A stretch of DNA of 64,000 nucleotides from Heptranchias perlo (lineage: Eukaryota), in the NCBI RefSeq assembly GCF_035084215.1, contig NC_090340.1, positions 5,952,001 through 6,016,000 of the forward strand. The letters are read 5' to 3'. A program made the position numbers and the translations under genes. The notes under the pieces were generated by a model that was given only the letters and a program-made list of their open reading frames with translations, was not told the origin of the DNA and searched no databases. Position 1 is the stretch's first letter. Every line of letters begins with the position of its first letter. Shown piece by piece: positions 51,361 through 64,000 of this stretch.

Positions 51361-53109
51361 ATCACTGTATTGTCCATCAATCCGTTAGTGAATTTCATTT
51401 GCTGTAAATTACCTCTCCACATCAGCAAGTCAAGGTATTCCCAAATGAAGTTCCTTGCCAAGTATCATAACCTTTTGTGTTACTTGTGATGTCAGATGGT
51501 TAAATAAAGGGCGTTGCCTGAGTCCTATGGACAATAAGGAAAGAAGTCTTGCAATATCTCAACAGCTTTGATGACGAGGAAATAAGAAACATTGCAGATT
51601 TCTTGAAGGAATATGAGCAGTCTGACTCTTATCTTCTTATCAGGCATTTTTTCCACCTTTAACAATTCAGTATGGACCCCCGGTGACGTCAAATAATCCT
51701 ACCAAAACTGAGCCTCAGTGTGCAAGCTTTCAAAAATAAGCCTTGACTGTTTCAGTGTGATGTCCCGTCAAGAGAGATTCTCCACTTCCCAAGATTAACA
51801 CAGCGGGTGTTAGCAATGGAGAACCGTATAATGCAGTTTTTTCTTGTGTTTTCTACTACACATCCTGTCCAACAGATTTCAAGTGAGGCTTTGAGAATTT
51901 TTTACATCAATGAGCCTGCACTGCTTGCCTTCACCCTTTCTCATTGGAGCCTAATGACAACTGTAACTAAAAAGTAAAAGCAATTCTTTGTTTGAAGAGA
52001 GTCAAAGTTCAACTGGAACTTATTCACCAGTGAGCCAGTTGTTTTTTTGTGAAATGACATAACTGACACCACCCATCCGGCTTTCCTGCATATCGTCCAC
52101 AAAACATTCAATGGACAATGGGAGAACCTCCATGGCAATTCAACCCATAATATCCAACTCCCAAATATCTTGCAATTGCTAGGGATACACTGTTTAACTT
52201 CACCTGTCCCCACAGTGTATAGAACAAGTCCAAGTGACTGAGTGGGCAGTTCACCTCTTGAGCTATTGTTTTGCTGTTGAACTTGGACTGGCAGACTGGG
52301 AGACTCTGAGGCCATGGGGTTCTGCATGTGACTCAGGTTGGCTCTGTTTAATCACTACTGCTTTAGCTAACCTGAACTCTCCATCTTCATAACCCACAAT
52401 CCAACATATCTCCATACGGGGGCGGGGGAGGGTGGATTTTCCTCAAGGGTTGGATTGCCACCAGAAGTGTGTCAAGACCTCAAACAGACTGGTATGACCC
52501 TGCTGCAACTCGGTATAATTTTCCTGGGTCATAGTCAGTTAAGTATGCAGGGCGAACTGCCAGTGGTATTTCTGCTCTTCGGTAAATTCACCACTGAGGA
52601 AAAGAGAGATATGTTTTTGCTGTAGTGGGGCGCTCACTACAGCAGCTGAAATGCGTGGGCGTCAATGTTAAAGGGGGCAGAAATGTGCTGGCAGAACATT
52701 TCTAATCGACTCTAAATAAGCACAGCCACAAAATAACCAGCAGTTTGAGGGATCAGGAAAAGGATCAGCGGGAAGAACCATTGCCAACTCTCTCCACTGC
52801 CTCCTTACTACTGGCCTTCTTCTCCATCAATATAAGGAAAGTGAGAAATGAGGGAAAATTCCCACCGAGTACAAAGCCCTGTCCCTTCCCCATTATTCAT
52901 ATACAGTAGGGTGGGCAATGAGCGCTTTCATCAGTAGCAGTGAGATGCTGCAGGAAAATCTCAGTCCCCAATTTCAGGGAAGGGATTAAATGTGAATCTT
53001 CCCTACCCCATTTTCCTCAATGATCTGCCCAAAGACCACCAACTATTGGGCGGAAATACAGATGAAATTGGATGATATCACACACCATAGTAACCAGCAC
53101 TGTTCAGTA

Positions 53110-55790
53110 ATCATAGAATGATACAGCACAGAAGGAAGCCATTCGGCCCATCGTGCCTGTGCCAGCTCTTTGAAAGAGCTAGCCAATTATTATTTTCTCC
53201 ATCAAGTGTTTATTCAATTCTCTTTTGAAATTTATTATTGAATTTGCTTCAAACACCTTTTAACACAGTTCATTCCAGATTATAATAACTCGCTGCCAAA
53301 GAAAAATTCTTTCCTCATCTCGCCTCTGGTTATTTTGCCAATTTTCTTCAATCTGTGTACTTCGGTTACTGACCCTTTTGCAAGCAGAAACAATTTCTCC
53401 CCACCATAAATCTGTGACCTCTGGTTACTGACCCTCCTGCCAGTGGAAACAATTGCTCCCTCTGTACTCTATCAATAGCTCTCATAATTTTGAGCATTTC
53501 TATTAAATCTCCCCCTTACATTCTCTGCTCTAAGGAGAACAACCCCTGCTTATCAAGTCGTTCCACCTCACTCGCTGTTTACTGTTTTATAGCCAGCTTG
53601 CTATCCATTCTGCCACCTGTCCCCTGACTCCACATGCTCTGACCTTAGTCATGAATCTACTGTGCGGTACCTTATCGAAGGCCTTTGGAAAATCCAAATA
53701 TGTTACATCTACTGCATTACCCTTATCAACTCTATTACTTCTTCAATGAATTCAATAAAATTGGTCAAGCATGACCTTCCCTTTTGAAATCCGTGCTGAC
53801 TACACTTGTATATTGGGTTTCTAGATATTTTTCTGTTAAATCTTTGAGTAAAAATTTCATTGGGTGGGATTTTGCTGAGAGTGGCAAACGAACGGTGCCC
53901 ACCGTTTGCTGGACTTGCACTTGCCCGTAGATTTTATATGAGCCGTTGCATGACAACTTCCTCTAAATTAGAGAACCAAGAAGCGTGGCGCCCTCTACAG
54001 GTCATCTGGAACCTGTGTGAACATGGCCAGCAGCGGTGTGTCTCCGAACGATTCAGATTCAAGCATAGTTAATAAGCTGCACAGAGACTGAACCAGGAAG
54101 TGTAAGTTAGAATAGTGAATTCAATGTCAAATCAGGTACAGAACGCGAAATAAAGACAGGGTAATAAAGAATGAATTATGAGGCAGAGATAAAAGAGACA
54201 AAAAAAGTATAAAATTAAAAATCTATTTAATTTTTTTAATGTCCATCAACAATTAAAATTTGAAGGAATGAGACTCCACACGTGTAAAAAAATCATGTTC
54301 ATTGCCAGAGAGTTTGTTTGACAGTAATTACGACTTACCCGCCGTTAAAACTGTATTTATATCAAATTGGACAAGCCCTAACTTTTTTCTGGCGAGATTA
54401 GTTCATATATACGATGTTAGTGCAGGAACTTCACGCTGTTCCACTCATTTGAATGGGGAGCCAGACAGCGAGATGCCATTTTCGTGGAGCTCAGAGGGGA
54501 GGATTGCATCTTGGACATCAACTTCCGGATTTCCATGTTTAACTGCGCATGTGTGCTCGCCGGAAGTTGCTGTATGATTTGCACTGAAATAATGGTGAGC
54601 GCTGTAAGCCTCACCGTTACATTTACAGCAAAATATGGTCCAATATCTTTCCTATCACCAACATTAAGATAAATGGTCTATAGTTCCCTGGAATTCTTCT
54701 ATCTCTCTTTTAAATAAAGGAATAACATTAGCTGTCCGCCAGTCCTCTGGAACTATTCCCTTTTCTAATGAACTTTTAGATAGATGTAATAGTGCCTTTG
54801 TGATCTCTTCCCTAACTTCTTTTAATATGCACGGATGCAATCCATCCGGACCAGGGGTTTTATCCTCTCTAAGTTTGATTAGTTTCTCAATTATCTCCTC
54901 CTTTCTGCCTTAAATTTCTTTATACATGTTTGATCTCTTCTTCTAATTTCATGTCCAACTTATTAGTCTCCCTGGTAAATACTGAGGCAAAGTAACTATT
55001 CAATATTTCTGCCATTTCGCTGTCATTACCTGTGAGTTTATCTTGTGCATCCCCTAGTGGCCCTATCCCTATCCTGATATTTATTTTGTTATTTAAGTAT
55101 CTCCAGAACACTTTGTTATTTCTTTGTATAATCCTTGGTAATTTAATTTCACAGTTCCTCTTTGCTTTCCTAATTGCTTTATTGATTTCTTTCCTAAACT
55201 TTTCGTATTCCCTTTTGTCATCCTCTCCTTTATTGTCTGTGTATTTAATGTATGAGTTTTTCTTTAGATTCAATTGTACCCTCATCTCTTTATTCATCCT
55301 TGGTGTTTCCTTATTGGCTAGTTTTTTCTTGTTTGTTTAGCGAAATATATTTTCCTAAACTCCATTGATCAGCTTTTTAAATAAATCCTACTCCTGTTCT
55401 ATCTCTTTATCAAAAATAATTCCCAGTTTACTTTCCCTTGTTCCATTCTCATCCCCTCAAAATTAGCTTCCCCCCCCCCCAATCTATTACTTTGGTCTTT
55501 GTCTTGGTTATGTCTTTCCAAATATTTTTCTTAAACATTATGTTGTGATCTCTATTGCCTAGACGTTTCCCTACACTTCACTTATCTGCTCTGGTTCACT
55601 TCCCATTACTAGATCCAACGTTGATTCTTCTCTTGTTGGGCCTCTTACACACTGGGTAAGAAAGGAGTCCTGAACATACTGTAAAGACTCCATTCCATTT
55701 TCCCCTTATGGCACTTCTTACCAATTTATTTGGGAGTAGTTGAAATCTCCCATGATTATTATTCTATGCCTTTTCCGAATTTCATAGATT
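53110..55790 (-). mobile_element. Degenerate CR1 fragments
   Basis: CATAGAAT tail at 53110; EILNSYFASVFT and RT remnants. Confidence 0.85.
53862..54641 (-). mobile_element. Second copy of the non-autonomous DNA-transposon-like element, inserted in a CR1
   Basis: Homology to 32082-33182; GGATTTTGCT / AGCAAAAT termini; CR1 sequence is contiguous across it. Confidence 0.7.
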
Positions 55791-55819
55791 TACCAAGAAA
55801 TGCAAAGCAAGATGTAAAA

Positions 55820-56335
55820 TTTGGGGTGCTCTTATTGAAAATGAGAAGATTAAAGAATGATTTGAAAATGTTTAACTCAATGAAGGGATTGAACAGACTA
55901 TGTAGATACAAAGGGGGTGAAATTGGTCTTGGGCCTTAGTGCAGAATGGGTGATCGTGACTTGGCAGCCCATTTAAACCCTGTCCCATTGGCTTTTCTGT
56001 TGACATCAAACGTTTTGCGCTCCTATGCAAGAATAATTTCATCCACAACTCATTCTAGTGATTGAGGGGGTCTAAAACAAAGGGACGTGGAAATTATATT
56101 AGATGCAAGAGATTTAGGACACAGTGCAGGAGAAACCTTTATACACAAGAAGGTTGCAATGCTGGAGTTAGTGATTTAAGCAGAGGCTAGCTATGTGGTT
56201 GAAGGGTGGGGGGGTAAATGAATATGGGAATAGGACAGGCATTTGCTCATGCTCATGTGGAATATAAACGCCAACATGGACTGGATGGGCCGATTGGCCT
56301 GTGTCTGCGTTGTAATTTCTATGTAACTCTATGTT
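55820..56335 (+). mobile_element. Old CR1 3' fragment
   Basis: RRLKNDL remnant and CR1-like 3'UTR ending TTCTATGTAACTCTATG. Confidence 0.65.
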
Positions 56336-56969
56336 GTAGGGCCTTTTCACAGAAAAGATTTTCTTTTGAACAGTTTAATATACCAAACAGACTAAGATTT
56401 TGTTTGCAAGGTTATTTTCTAAAATGGAATAAAGAGAAAAGGCACTTCTCAAGACTGATTTGCAATGTTGGATGCTGTACATTGGTGTGATAATCATTGT
56501 GTTGCTGTGCTTTTTAAACAAGGAACCCATCCACAATTCGCTCTTTGTCTTTGCTTCCCTCAGACAGGGTCCTTACTAGGCCAAGGCATCAGGCAATGGT
56601 TCTGTTTTGTCGAAAATCCATCAGTGACTGACTACGTTTCCAGTCATCGGCCTGTCTTGAAATGACTCGTCCTTTCGACCTCCAGTAGGAGGCATCAATG
56701 TTTTTGGTTTGAAAGTAAAAGTTGGATTGCACCTCCCTTCGGTTTTTGCAACAGATTCTCATATTGATTTATTCAATCTCTGATCCTCAGGCATCACGTA
56801 CATTGGCAGCAGCTCATTTGATCTCATTGTTATCCGTAGATCTTCTGTTACAGCTTCAGGTCCAAATCAGGAATCCCTCTCTTGAATTTCAGTTGATGAG
56901 CGGATGTGGAATGGTCCAATTATAGCTCTTAAGAAAAGGCTTTCCATGGTCAGTATGGAATCTTTAATG

Positions 56970-57144
56970 GGGGTAGATTTTCAGTTTGGTGCCCGGGCGT
57001 AAAACTGGTATTGCGGATTGGGCGTCTGTTACAGAAACTGACTATTTTCCATTGAGCTCAATGGAACTGAGAATTGGGCAGTTTCTACAATTGGCAGTTC
57101 CATAACACCAAATTTACAGAGGTGGCAAGCTGAAAATTTACCCC
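56970..57144. mobile_element. MITE with 3-bp TSD ATG (relative at 58491-58660)
   Basis: TIR GGGGTAGATTTTCAG / CTGAAAATTTACCCC; ATG at 56967-56969 and 57145-57147. Confidence 0.75.
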
Positions 57145-58674
57145 ATGGTCTCTGGGAGTCAATGACATCAAATGGGACCAATTTGTCGTCTCGCGTCAGC
57201 ATCAACTCGTTGGACTTATATCATCGTCTTTATTGAGTATCTTTCATCGATGGACAAGCGCCATAGTGCAAGGAACCTCATAGGTTAAAGGTCGCAGAAG
57301 AGAAGACCAAATAATTTCGGATGAAATGTTTGATAACAACAGGCTGTAAGTCTGTTGGGAAAGGGGCCTGAGGTAAGGAAATCAACAGGAAATATATTTC
57401 ATTTTCCATTGAAAATTGGGCAGTGTATAATAGCAACTGTTGATTCGCTATCGCCCGTTTTGCACTGGTGACCAAGCCGAATTTCACCCCCAACGTGTAG
57501 GACAAGACATTTGAAGCTTAGGGACAAGGCTGGAAAGTTCAGAGAAACATTAGCCACGTTAGTATTAGACACAAAGCAAGAGTGATTGGAAAAGAGTGAG
57601 TAAACTCAAGATAGAAGTAATCAGCCAACAAACCGATTGTGTTCTGTACAAGGGTGTGGGAGAGGTGTTCGAGCTTCCGATTGGAGCAGCATTCGCGTCT
57701 TGAACAGGCTTAGGCTATTTAGTAAGATCACAGTTGTTGAGCGGAAAGGTGCGTGCTCTGCTTGAACTGGTCTCCTTTTATGCTCACAAACTACTTCAGC
57801 TGCTTAATCAACCCAATTACAGAGCCAATGACTGCTGCTCACCTTCTAAGTATTAAGGGCAATTCACTACAATTGTACAAATTTAAATTTAAAGTTCAAT
57901 TAAAGAAATTAACTGAACAAAACACAAGAAATTCTGAGCTGCTTGCCCAATACTCACCTCTGCTCACCACTGAATTCCCACTCTAACCCTTCTTAAAAGT
58001 TCTGATTTTCACTCTGTTCCTACCGCACTTCATTACCAGCTCATGCCATAGAATTTTACAGCACAGAAGGAGGCCATTTGGCCCATCGTGCCTGCGGCGG
58101 CTCTTTGAAAGAGCTATCCAATTAGTCCCACTGCCCTGCTCTTTTCCAAACAGAGCATTGGCAGAACTGTCAATTTACTTTTATCGAGCAGTAAGAGGGA
58201 TCACGTGACCACTCTAGGGGAGGAGGGGCCAGAGGAATCATGACGTTCCGTGGGGGAGGAGCTAATGTGCAGGAAATCAGTGACGGCCCGAGGATGGATT
58301 GTCTGAGTGTTATGACATCACCCGTGGACCAAGTATGACACGCAGTGGGAATCCTGTGCTTCATCTTCAGTGTAATGTGCAGCTGAATTTTCATTAACAG
58401 CGTTATTAGGCATTTTCAGTTAATACCTCATTCCACTGATTCAGGCAAGAGAGGTGTTCATCCATTAAAAAACATTCAGCAGTACTTCGTGGAGTGGATG
58501 TTCAACTTGCGCCTGGACGTAAATCTGGTGTTGCGGATCAGCCGCCCATTATAGGAACCGCTCGATTTTCATTTCAATTCAACTCAACGGAAATTAAAGT
58601 CTGGCGGTTTCTACAATGGGCGTCCCATCCGCAACGCCAGTTTTACGCCCAGGCAGCACATTAAAAGAAGGTTA

Positions 58675-59015
58675 AATAGTGATCTGATCGAAGTTTATAA
58701 GATATTAAGGGGAACGGATAGGGTGGATAGAGAGAAACTATTTCCGCTGGTTGGGGATTCTAGGACTAGGGGGCACAGTCTAAAAATTAGAGCCAGACCT
58801 TTCAGGAGTGAGATTAGAAAACATTTCTACACAAATGGCAATTGATACTAGCTCATTGCTAATTTTAAATCTGAGATAGATAGCTTTTTGTCGACCAAAG
58901 GTATTAAGGGATATGGGCCAAAGGCAGGTATATGGAGTTAGATCACAGATCAGCCATGATCTTATCAAATGGCAGAGCAGGCTGGAGGGGCTGAATGGCC
59001 TACTCCTGTTCCTAT
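58675..59015 (+). mobile_element. CR1 3' end, young subfamily, small internal deletion
   Basis: Near-identical to 28236-28605 and 43760-44135. Confidence 0.93.
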
Positions 59016-61225
59016 GTACCCTGCTGTCACAACGTCTCTTTCCTTTTCAACATTCGGTGCCCTTCCCCTGAGCTGCACCGATGCTGAGCAGAGGCTGTGG
59101 ATACTGCCAGCAAGCGAGGGAAGGAAAGCAGAGGAGAGACTTCACCATTTGTGGTCTCTCCTGCCTCCTGGTGCCTACAGGATGTATAGCGGACAGGCTC
59201 TGTACTCAGCATCTCCACTGCATCAAGGCAGGTGAATCAAGATGAAATGGGTCAGATTAAACAAACACGCGGACAAATAAAATAAACATCAAAACAAGAC
59301 TTATGATACTTGTTTTACTACACTGACCCAATTGCTAGGACTGAATAAGATAGATGATAAATATGTATTTAATGATTTTTAAAAGCCACGAACATTGATG
59401 ATTTCAAAAAGACAAAATCCGCTTTCTAAACGCGAATTTCTCTGTTCAGTGGGTCAGTGTGGGTCAGTCCCTTCAATATAGAGCAGAGGGTCCCATCCTT
59501 CAGCCCCCAGTCTGTGCTTAGGTAGTTGATTTCACCCAGGTTATTTGTTGGTAAAACATACAGTTCCTGAAATACAAAAGTATGGGTGGCGTGGTGGACT
59601 AAGATGAATATAAAGATCAGCTGAGGGGGTTAAAGAAGTGTTTGGAGAGTTAAAATAGGAAATGAAGTTCGGATAGCAGGGAGATTAATACAAGGTCAGC
59701 AATTTCTAGAAATGTATCCGCAGCAAACAAAAACTAAACGACGGGAGTATCGGAAAATCCCAAAGATGGCAGGATAATTAACTGAAAATAGAAGAAAGAA
59801 AAGATGCAAATACCAGAAATCCGAAACACAATGAGAAAATGCTGGCAGGGCAGGTGAGTCAAAATCTGTAAAAAGAAAAAGACAAGTGAAAGTTTTCAGG
59901 TGTAGATTCTTTGTCAGAACTGGAAACTGAAAGTGGAGCGAGTATTTTAGTAGGGCTGGAAAAAAAGACAAGGGAGGAAGAAATTAAAGGTACTGTACAA
60001 AATGTGGCCTCAAAAGTGGTCTTTTAAAGCCCGCTGATGAATTTTGGGTAAACCAAAATGGTTAATACAGATCAACACAAACGCGTGAAGGGTGTTCTAG
60101 GCCAAAGAAGTGTTTCGAGTGAAATTTGGAAGGTGAAGGGGGCCAATTTCCCCAGGGATTCTGTCGATCAGCCGCCTTAACATCAGCAGAAGATCAGCGG
60201 AAGTGCCGATCACCTTTGTGCGATGGTGAATCGAGCGACCACGATGAAATCCCCGGATTAATTGTTTAACATGACAGCAGTAAACTTGTAAAGTACATCA
60301 CACTGTTATGAAATGGTGCACATGTCTGACAGCACAGCGAGAAAGGCGACTGTTTATACAGAGAGATAATGTACATACAACGTTAGCTGAGCTCTGACGA
60401 GAAGAAGGCGACCAAAGAAAGAAGACCATGATCCGAGGTGAAGATTCTCTGCAGGAGTTTCTTGAGGTGAAGATCAGCAACCTTGAAATAGTTAAATATC
60501 TGATGCTATAACAGCCAATCACCCAGATGTAAACTACTGTCCATCCTAACCCATTGGAGGAGTAGCATGGATGATCTGGCATTAAATACACAGGTAACTT
60601 GATAAACGCATGGTAATCCTTGGCACTGGACATTAAGTACCCCTCCGCTCATATTGTTTACATATTCTACAGATTTAATTTCCCAGCCTTATTACAATAC
60701 TCACGTCTTCAGGTATCTCAACTAATGTGCAGCCCATGAACGACTGTTGACACAGGTTGCTGTCCATTCTGTCCCATTCTATCAGAGCTGCAGTCTCTGC
60801 TTCCATGGAGGAAAAGGCACAGACTGGTCCCTGGCCGCTTCTGAGGATTGGGGGTTTGCTGTTGTTTCCAGTGAGCCGTCCACATGCTCCATTGATGCCT
60901 GCAATGAAGAGAAAGCTTCTCAGATGTTGGGGTAAATTGGATCTCTAGACTCAATGCCTGCCAGTTGCCGCATATGCTCCAATACTGACCTCAGAGCCCG
61001 CAAATACTTGTGATGTTCCTCAAACATCCTTCTTTTCAGGTGAGTACCCACGTGTGTGGGACCCCAACTCCAAATTCATGGGCAGCCTTCTTCTTTCTCT
61101 CCACTGGGAAGCTGGCACCTCCTCATCCTTTCCCCGCTCCTCCAGTTCCTTGGTGATCCATCAATTAGCCAATGCCACATCTTCACTAACACAAATTCTC
61201 CCGAGATGAAAGTACCTAAACTTAC

Positions 61226-61665
61226 CATGGCTCAGTTGGTAGCGCTCTCAGCTCTGTGTCACAGCTCTCTGTCCCACTCCTGAGGCTAGAACACAAAATC
61301 TAGGCTGACACTCCAGTGCAGTACTGAGGGAGTGCTGCACTGTCGGAGGTCCCGACTTTCAGCTGAGACTTTAAACCGAGACCCCATCTGCCCTCTCAGG
61401 TGGAGGTAAAATATCCTATGGCACTATTTCAAAGAACAGGGGAGTTCTTCCCGTGTACTGACCAATATTTATGCCTCAATCAATACCTAAAACGGATTAT
61501 CAAGTCATTATCACATTGCTGTTTATGGGATCTTGCTGTGTGCAAATTAGCTCCCGTATTTTCTACATTGCAACAGTGAGTACACCTCAAAAGTACCTCA
61601 TTGGCTTTCAAGCGCTTTTGGACGTGCTGAAGTTGTGAAAGGGGCTATATGAATGGAAGTCTTTC
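61226..61665 (+). mobile_element. tRNA-headed Deu-domain SINE (SacSINE1/AmnSINE-like)
   Basis: TGGCTCAGTTGGTAGC head, GCTGACACTCCAGTGCAGTACTGAGGGAGTGCTGCACTGTCGGAGGT core, and an L2-like tail GTGAAAGGGGCTATATGAATG. Confidence 0.85.
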
Positions 61666-61974
61666 ATCCGTGTGAGTGAAAAAGCAAGTGATGCAGTGAG
61701 TGAGATGAAGAGGGATTGTGGTAGATGAGCACAAGGTACAACCTTCGTCCACAAACCCATGGGTGAGCTTGACCTTTACCTCACCCACTTCATCATCATC
61801 CTCTTCGCCTCTGTCATGCTTATCATCAAGGATGCCACTGTGACTCTATGTCTATGTTGCTATGCAACAACAACAACTTGCATTTGTATAGCGCCTTTAA
61901 TGTAGTAAAACATTCCAATATGCTTCACAGGAGCATTATCAGACAGAATTTGACACCAAGCTATATAAAATCCT

Positions 61975-63240
61975 AGAATCATAGAATGGTTACAGCACAG
62001 AAGGAGGCCATTCGGCCCATTGAACCTGTGATGGCTCTTTGTAAGAGCAATCCAGTTAGTCCCAAACCCCCGCTCTTTCCCTGTAGCCCTGCATTTTTTT
62101 TCCCTTCAAATATTTAACCAATCCCTTTTTGAAAGCCATGGTTGAATCTGCTTCCTCTTTTGTTATTCATTCATGGGATGTGGGCATCGCTGGCAAGGCC
62201 AGCATTTATTGCCCATTCCTAGTTGCCCTTGAGAAGGTGGTGCTGAGCCGCCTTCTTGAACTGCTGCAGTCCGTGTGGTGAAGGTTCTCCCACAGTGCTT
62301 TTAGGTAGGGAGTTCCAGGATTTTGACCCATCAACGATGTCGGGATGGTGTGTGACTTGGAGGGGAACGTGCAGGTGGTGTTGTTCCCATGTGCCTGCTG
62401 CCCTTGTCCTTCTAGGTGGTAGAGGTCACGGATTAGGGAGGTGCTGTCGAAGAAGCCTTGGTGAGTTGCTGCAGTGCATTCTAGTACTCACTGCAGCCAC
62501 GGTGCACCGGTGGTGAAGGGAGTGACTGTTTGGGGTGGTGGATGGGGTGCCAATCAAACGGGCTGCTTTGTCCTGGATGGTGTCGAGCTTCTTGAGTGTT
62601 GTTGGAGCTGCACTCATCCAGGCAAGTGGAGAGTATTCCATCACACTCCTGACTTGTGCCTTGTAGATGGTGGAAAGGCTTTGGGGAGTGAGGAGATGAG
62701 TCACTCACCCCAGAATACCCAGCCTCTGACCTGCTCTTGTAGCTACAGTATTTATGTGGCTGGTCCAGTTAAGTTTCTGGTCAATGGTGACCCCCAGGAT
62801 GTTGATGGTGGGGGATTTGGCGATGGTAATGCCATTGAATGTACCGCCACTCTTTCTGGCAGTGTATTCCAGATCGTAACAACTGGCTGCGTAAAAAAGA
62901 TTTTCCACAAACCGCCTTTGGTTCTTTTGCCAGTCACTTTAAATCTGTGTCCTCTGGTTCTCAACCCTTCCACCAATGGGAACTCTTTCTCTCTATTAAC
63001 TCTATCTAAATCCTTCATGATTTTGAACAGTTCTATCAAATCTCCTCTTAACCTCCTCTGCTCTAAGGAGAACAACCCCAGCTTCTCCAGTCTATCCACG
63101 TAACTGAAGTCCCTCATCCCTGGAACCATTCTGGTAAATCTTTTCTGCACCCTCTCAAAGCCTTCACATCCTTCCTAAACTGCCGTGCCCAGAATTGGAC
63201 ACAATACTCCAGTTGTGGCCAAACCAGTGTTTTATAAATA
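61975..63240 (-). mobile_element. CR1 3' fragment with a nested non-LTR element of another CR1-group family (62158-62840)
   Basis: The host has QKRFTRMVPG..RRLRGDL; the insert has TIYKAQVRSVMEYSPLAWMSAAPTTLKKLDTIQ. Confidence 0.85.
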
Positions 63241-63339
63241 GAGGCATGGAGTACCTCTACCTCGAACTCCTCCTTTGAGATGCTCCTTTAAACCTATCTC
63301 TTCGACCAATCTTTTGGTCACCTGTCCTAACATCTCCTT

Positions 63340-64000
63340 ATAACATAAAAGGGAATCCAGAAGTCTTCTATAGGCATATAAATAGTAAATGGGTAGTAAA
63401 ATGAAGGGTGGGACAAATTAGGGACCAAAAAGGAGATCTACACAAGGAGGCAGAGGGCCTAGCTGAGGTACTGAATGAGCACTTTGCATCTGTCTTTACC
63501 AAGGAAGAAGACGCTGCCAAAGTCACAGTAAAAGAGGGGGTAGGTGAGATACTGTCCTGCCACTTTCAAAGATTTGTGCACATATACCCCCAGATCTCTC
63601 TGTTCCTGCACCCCCTTTAGAATTGTACCATCTAGTTTATATTGCCTCTCCTTGCTCTTCCTGCCAAAATGTATCACTTTGCACTTCTCTGCATTAAATT
63701 TCATCTGCTATGTGTCCATCCATTCCACCAGCCTGTCTATATCCTCTTGAAATTTATTACTATCCTCCTCACTGTTTACTACACTTCCAAGTTTTGTGTC
63801 ATCTGCAAATTTTGAAATTGTGCCCAGTACACCCAAGTCCAATTCATTAATATATATCAAGAAAAGCAGTGGTCCTCATACTGACCCCTGGGGAACACCA
63901 CTGTATACCTCGCTCCAGTCCGAAAAACAACCGTTCACCACTACTCTCTGTTTCCTGTCACTTAGCCAATTTCGTATCCATGCTGCCACTGCCCCTTTTA
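63340..64000. mobile_element. CR1 fragments in opposite orientations (+ 63340-63551; - 63552-64000)
   Basis: EVLNEHFASVFTKE on +; KFNAEKCKVIHFG and GVPQGS on -. Confidence 0.88.

Noticed and set aside
51400-52330. Unassigned sequence, possibly a decayed transposase or exon
   Set aside because: No recognisable motif in the frames examined.

Overview
Eukaryotic, repeat-rich genomic DNA, very likely from a cartilaginous fish. The inference rests on abundant CR1 LINEs with an SGNH-esterase ORF1, L2 LINEs, a Deu-domain SINE and short palindromic MITEs. Between the repeats lies what appears to be a paired immune-receptor locus, not visible as such in the ORF track. (1) An apparently intact four-exon + strand gene (leader 16202-16256, V 16448-16777, C1 20039-20320, TM 23207-23319; 259 aa) encodes a non-rearranging, antigen-receptor-like protein: a germline-joined VJ domain, a C1 domain, a transmembrane arginine and an 8-residue tail (activating type). 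(2) A convergent - strand paralog is represented by a related, uncharged TM exon (41492-41605) and a cytoplasmic exon (37240-38233) carrying an ITIM (VIYRAL) and an ITSM-like motif (TVYGQV). About 36 copies of a 24-bp minisatellite, derived from the tyrosine-motif coding sequence itself, lie between these two motifs. (3) An old inverted duplication (about 6640-15540 vs about 21880-29320) brackets the leader/V/C1 exons and carries a decayed mirror copy of the TM exon (11264-11346). Other features include a template-switch-like rearrangement at 25.0-25.9 kb, a solo LTR nested in a young CR1, a near full-length CR1, and a 170-N assembly gap. All calls are by eye; repeat boundaries are approximate.
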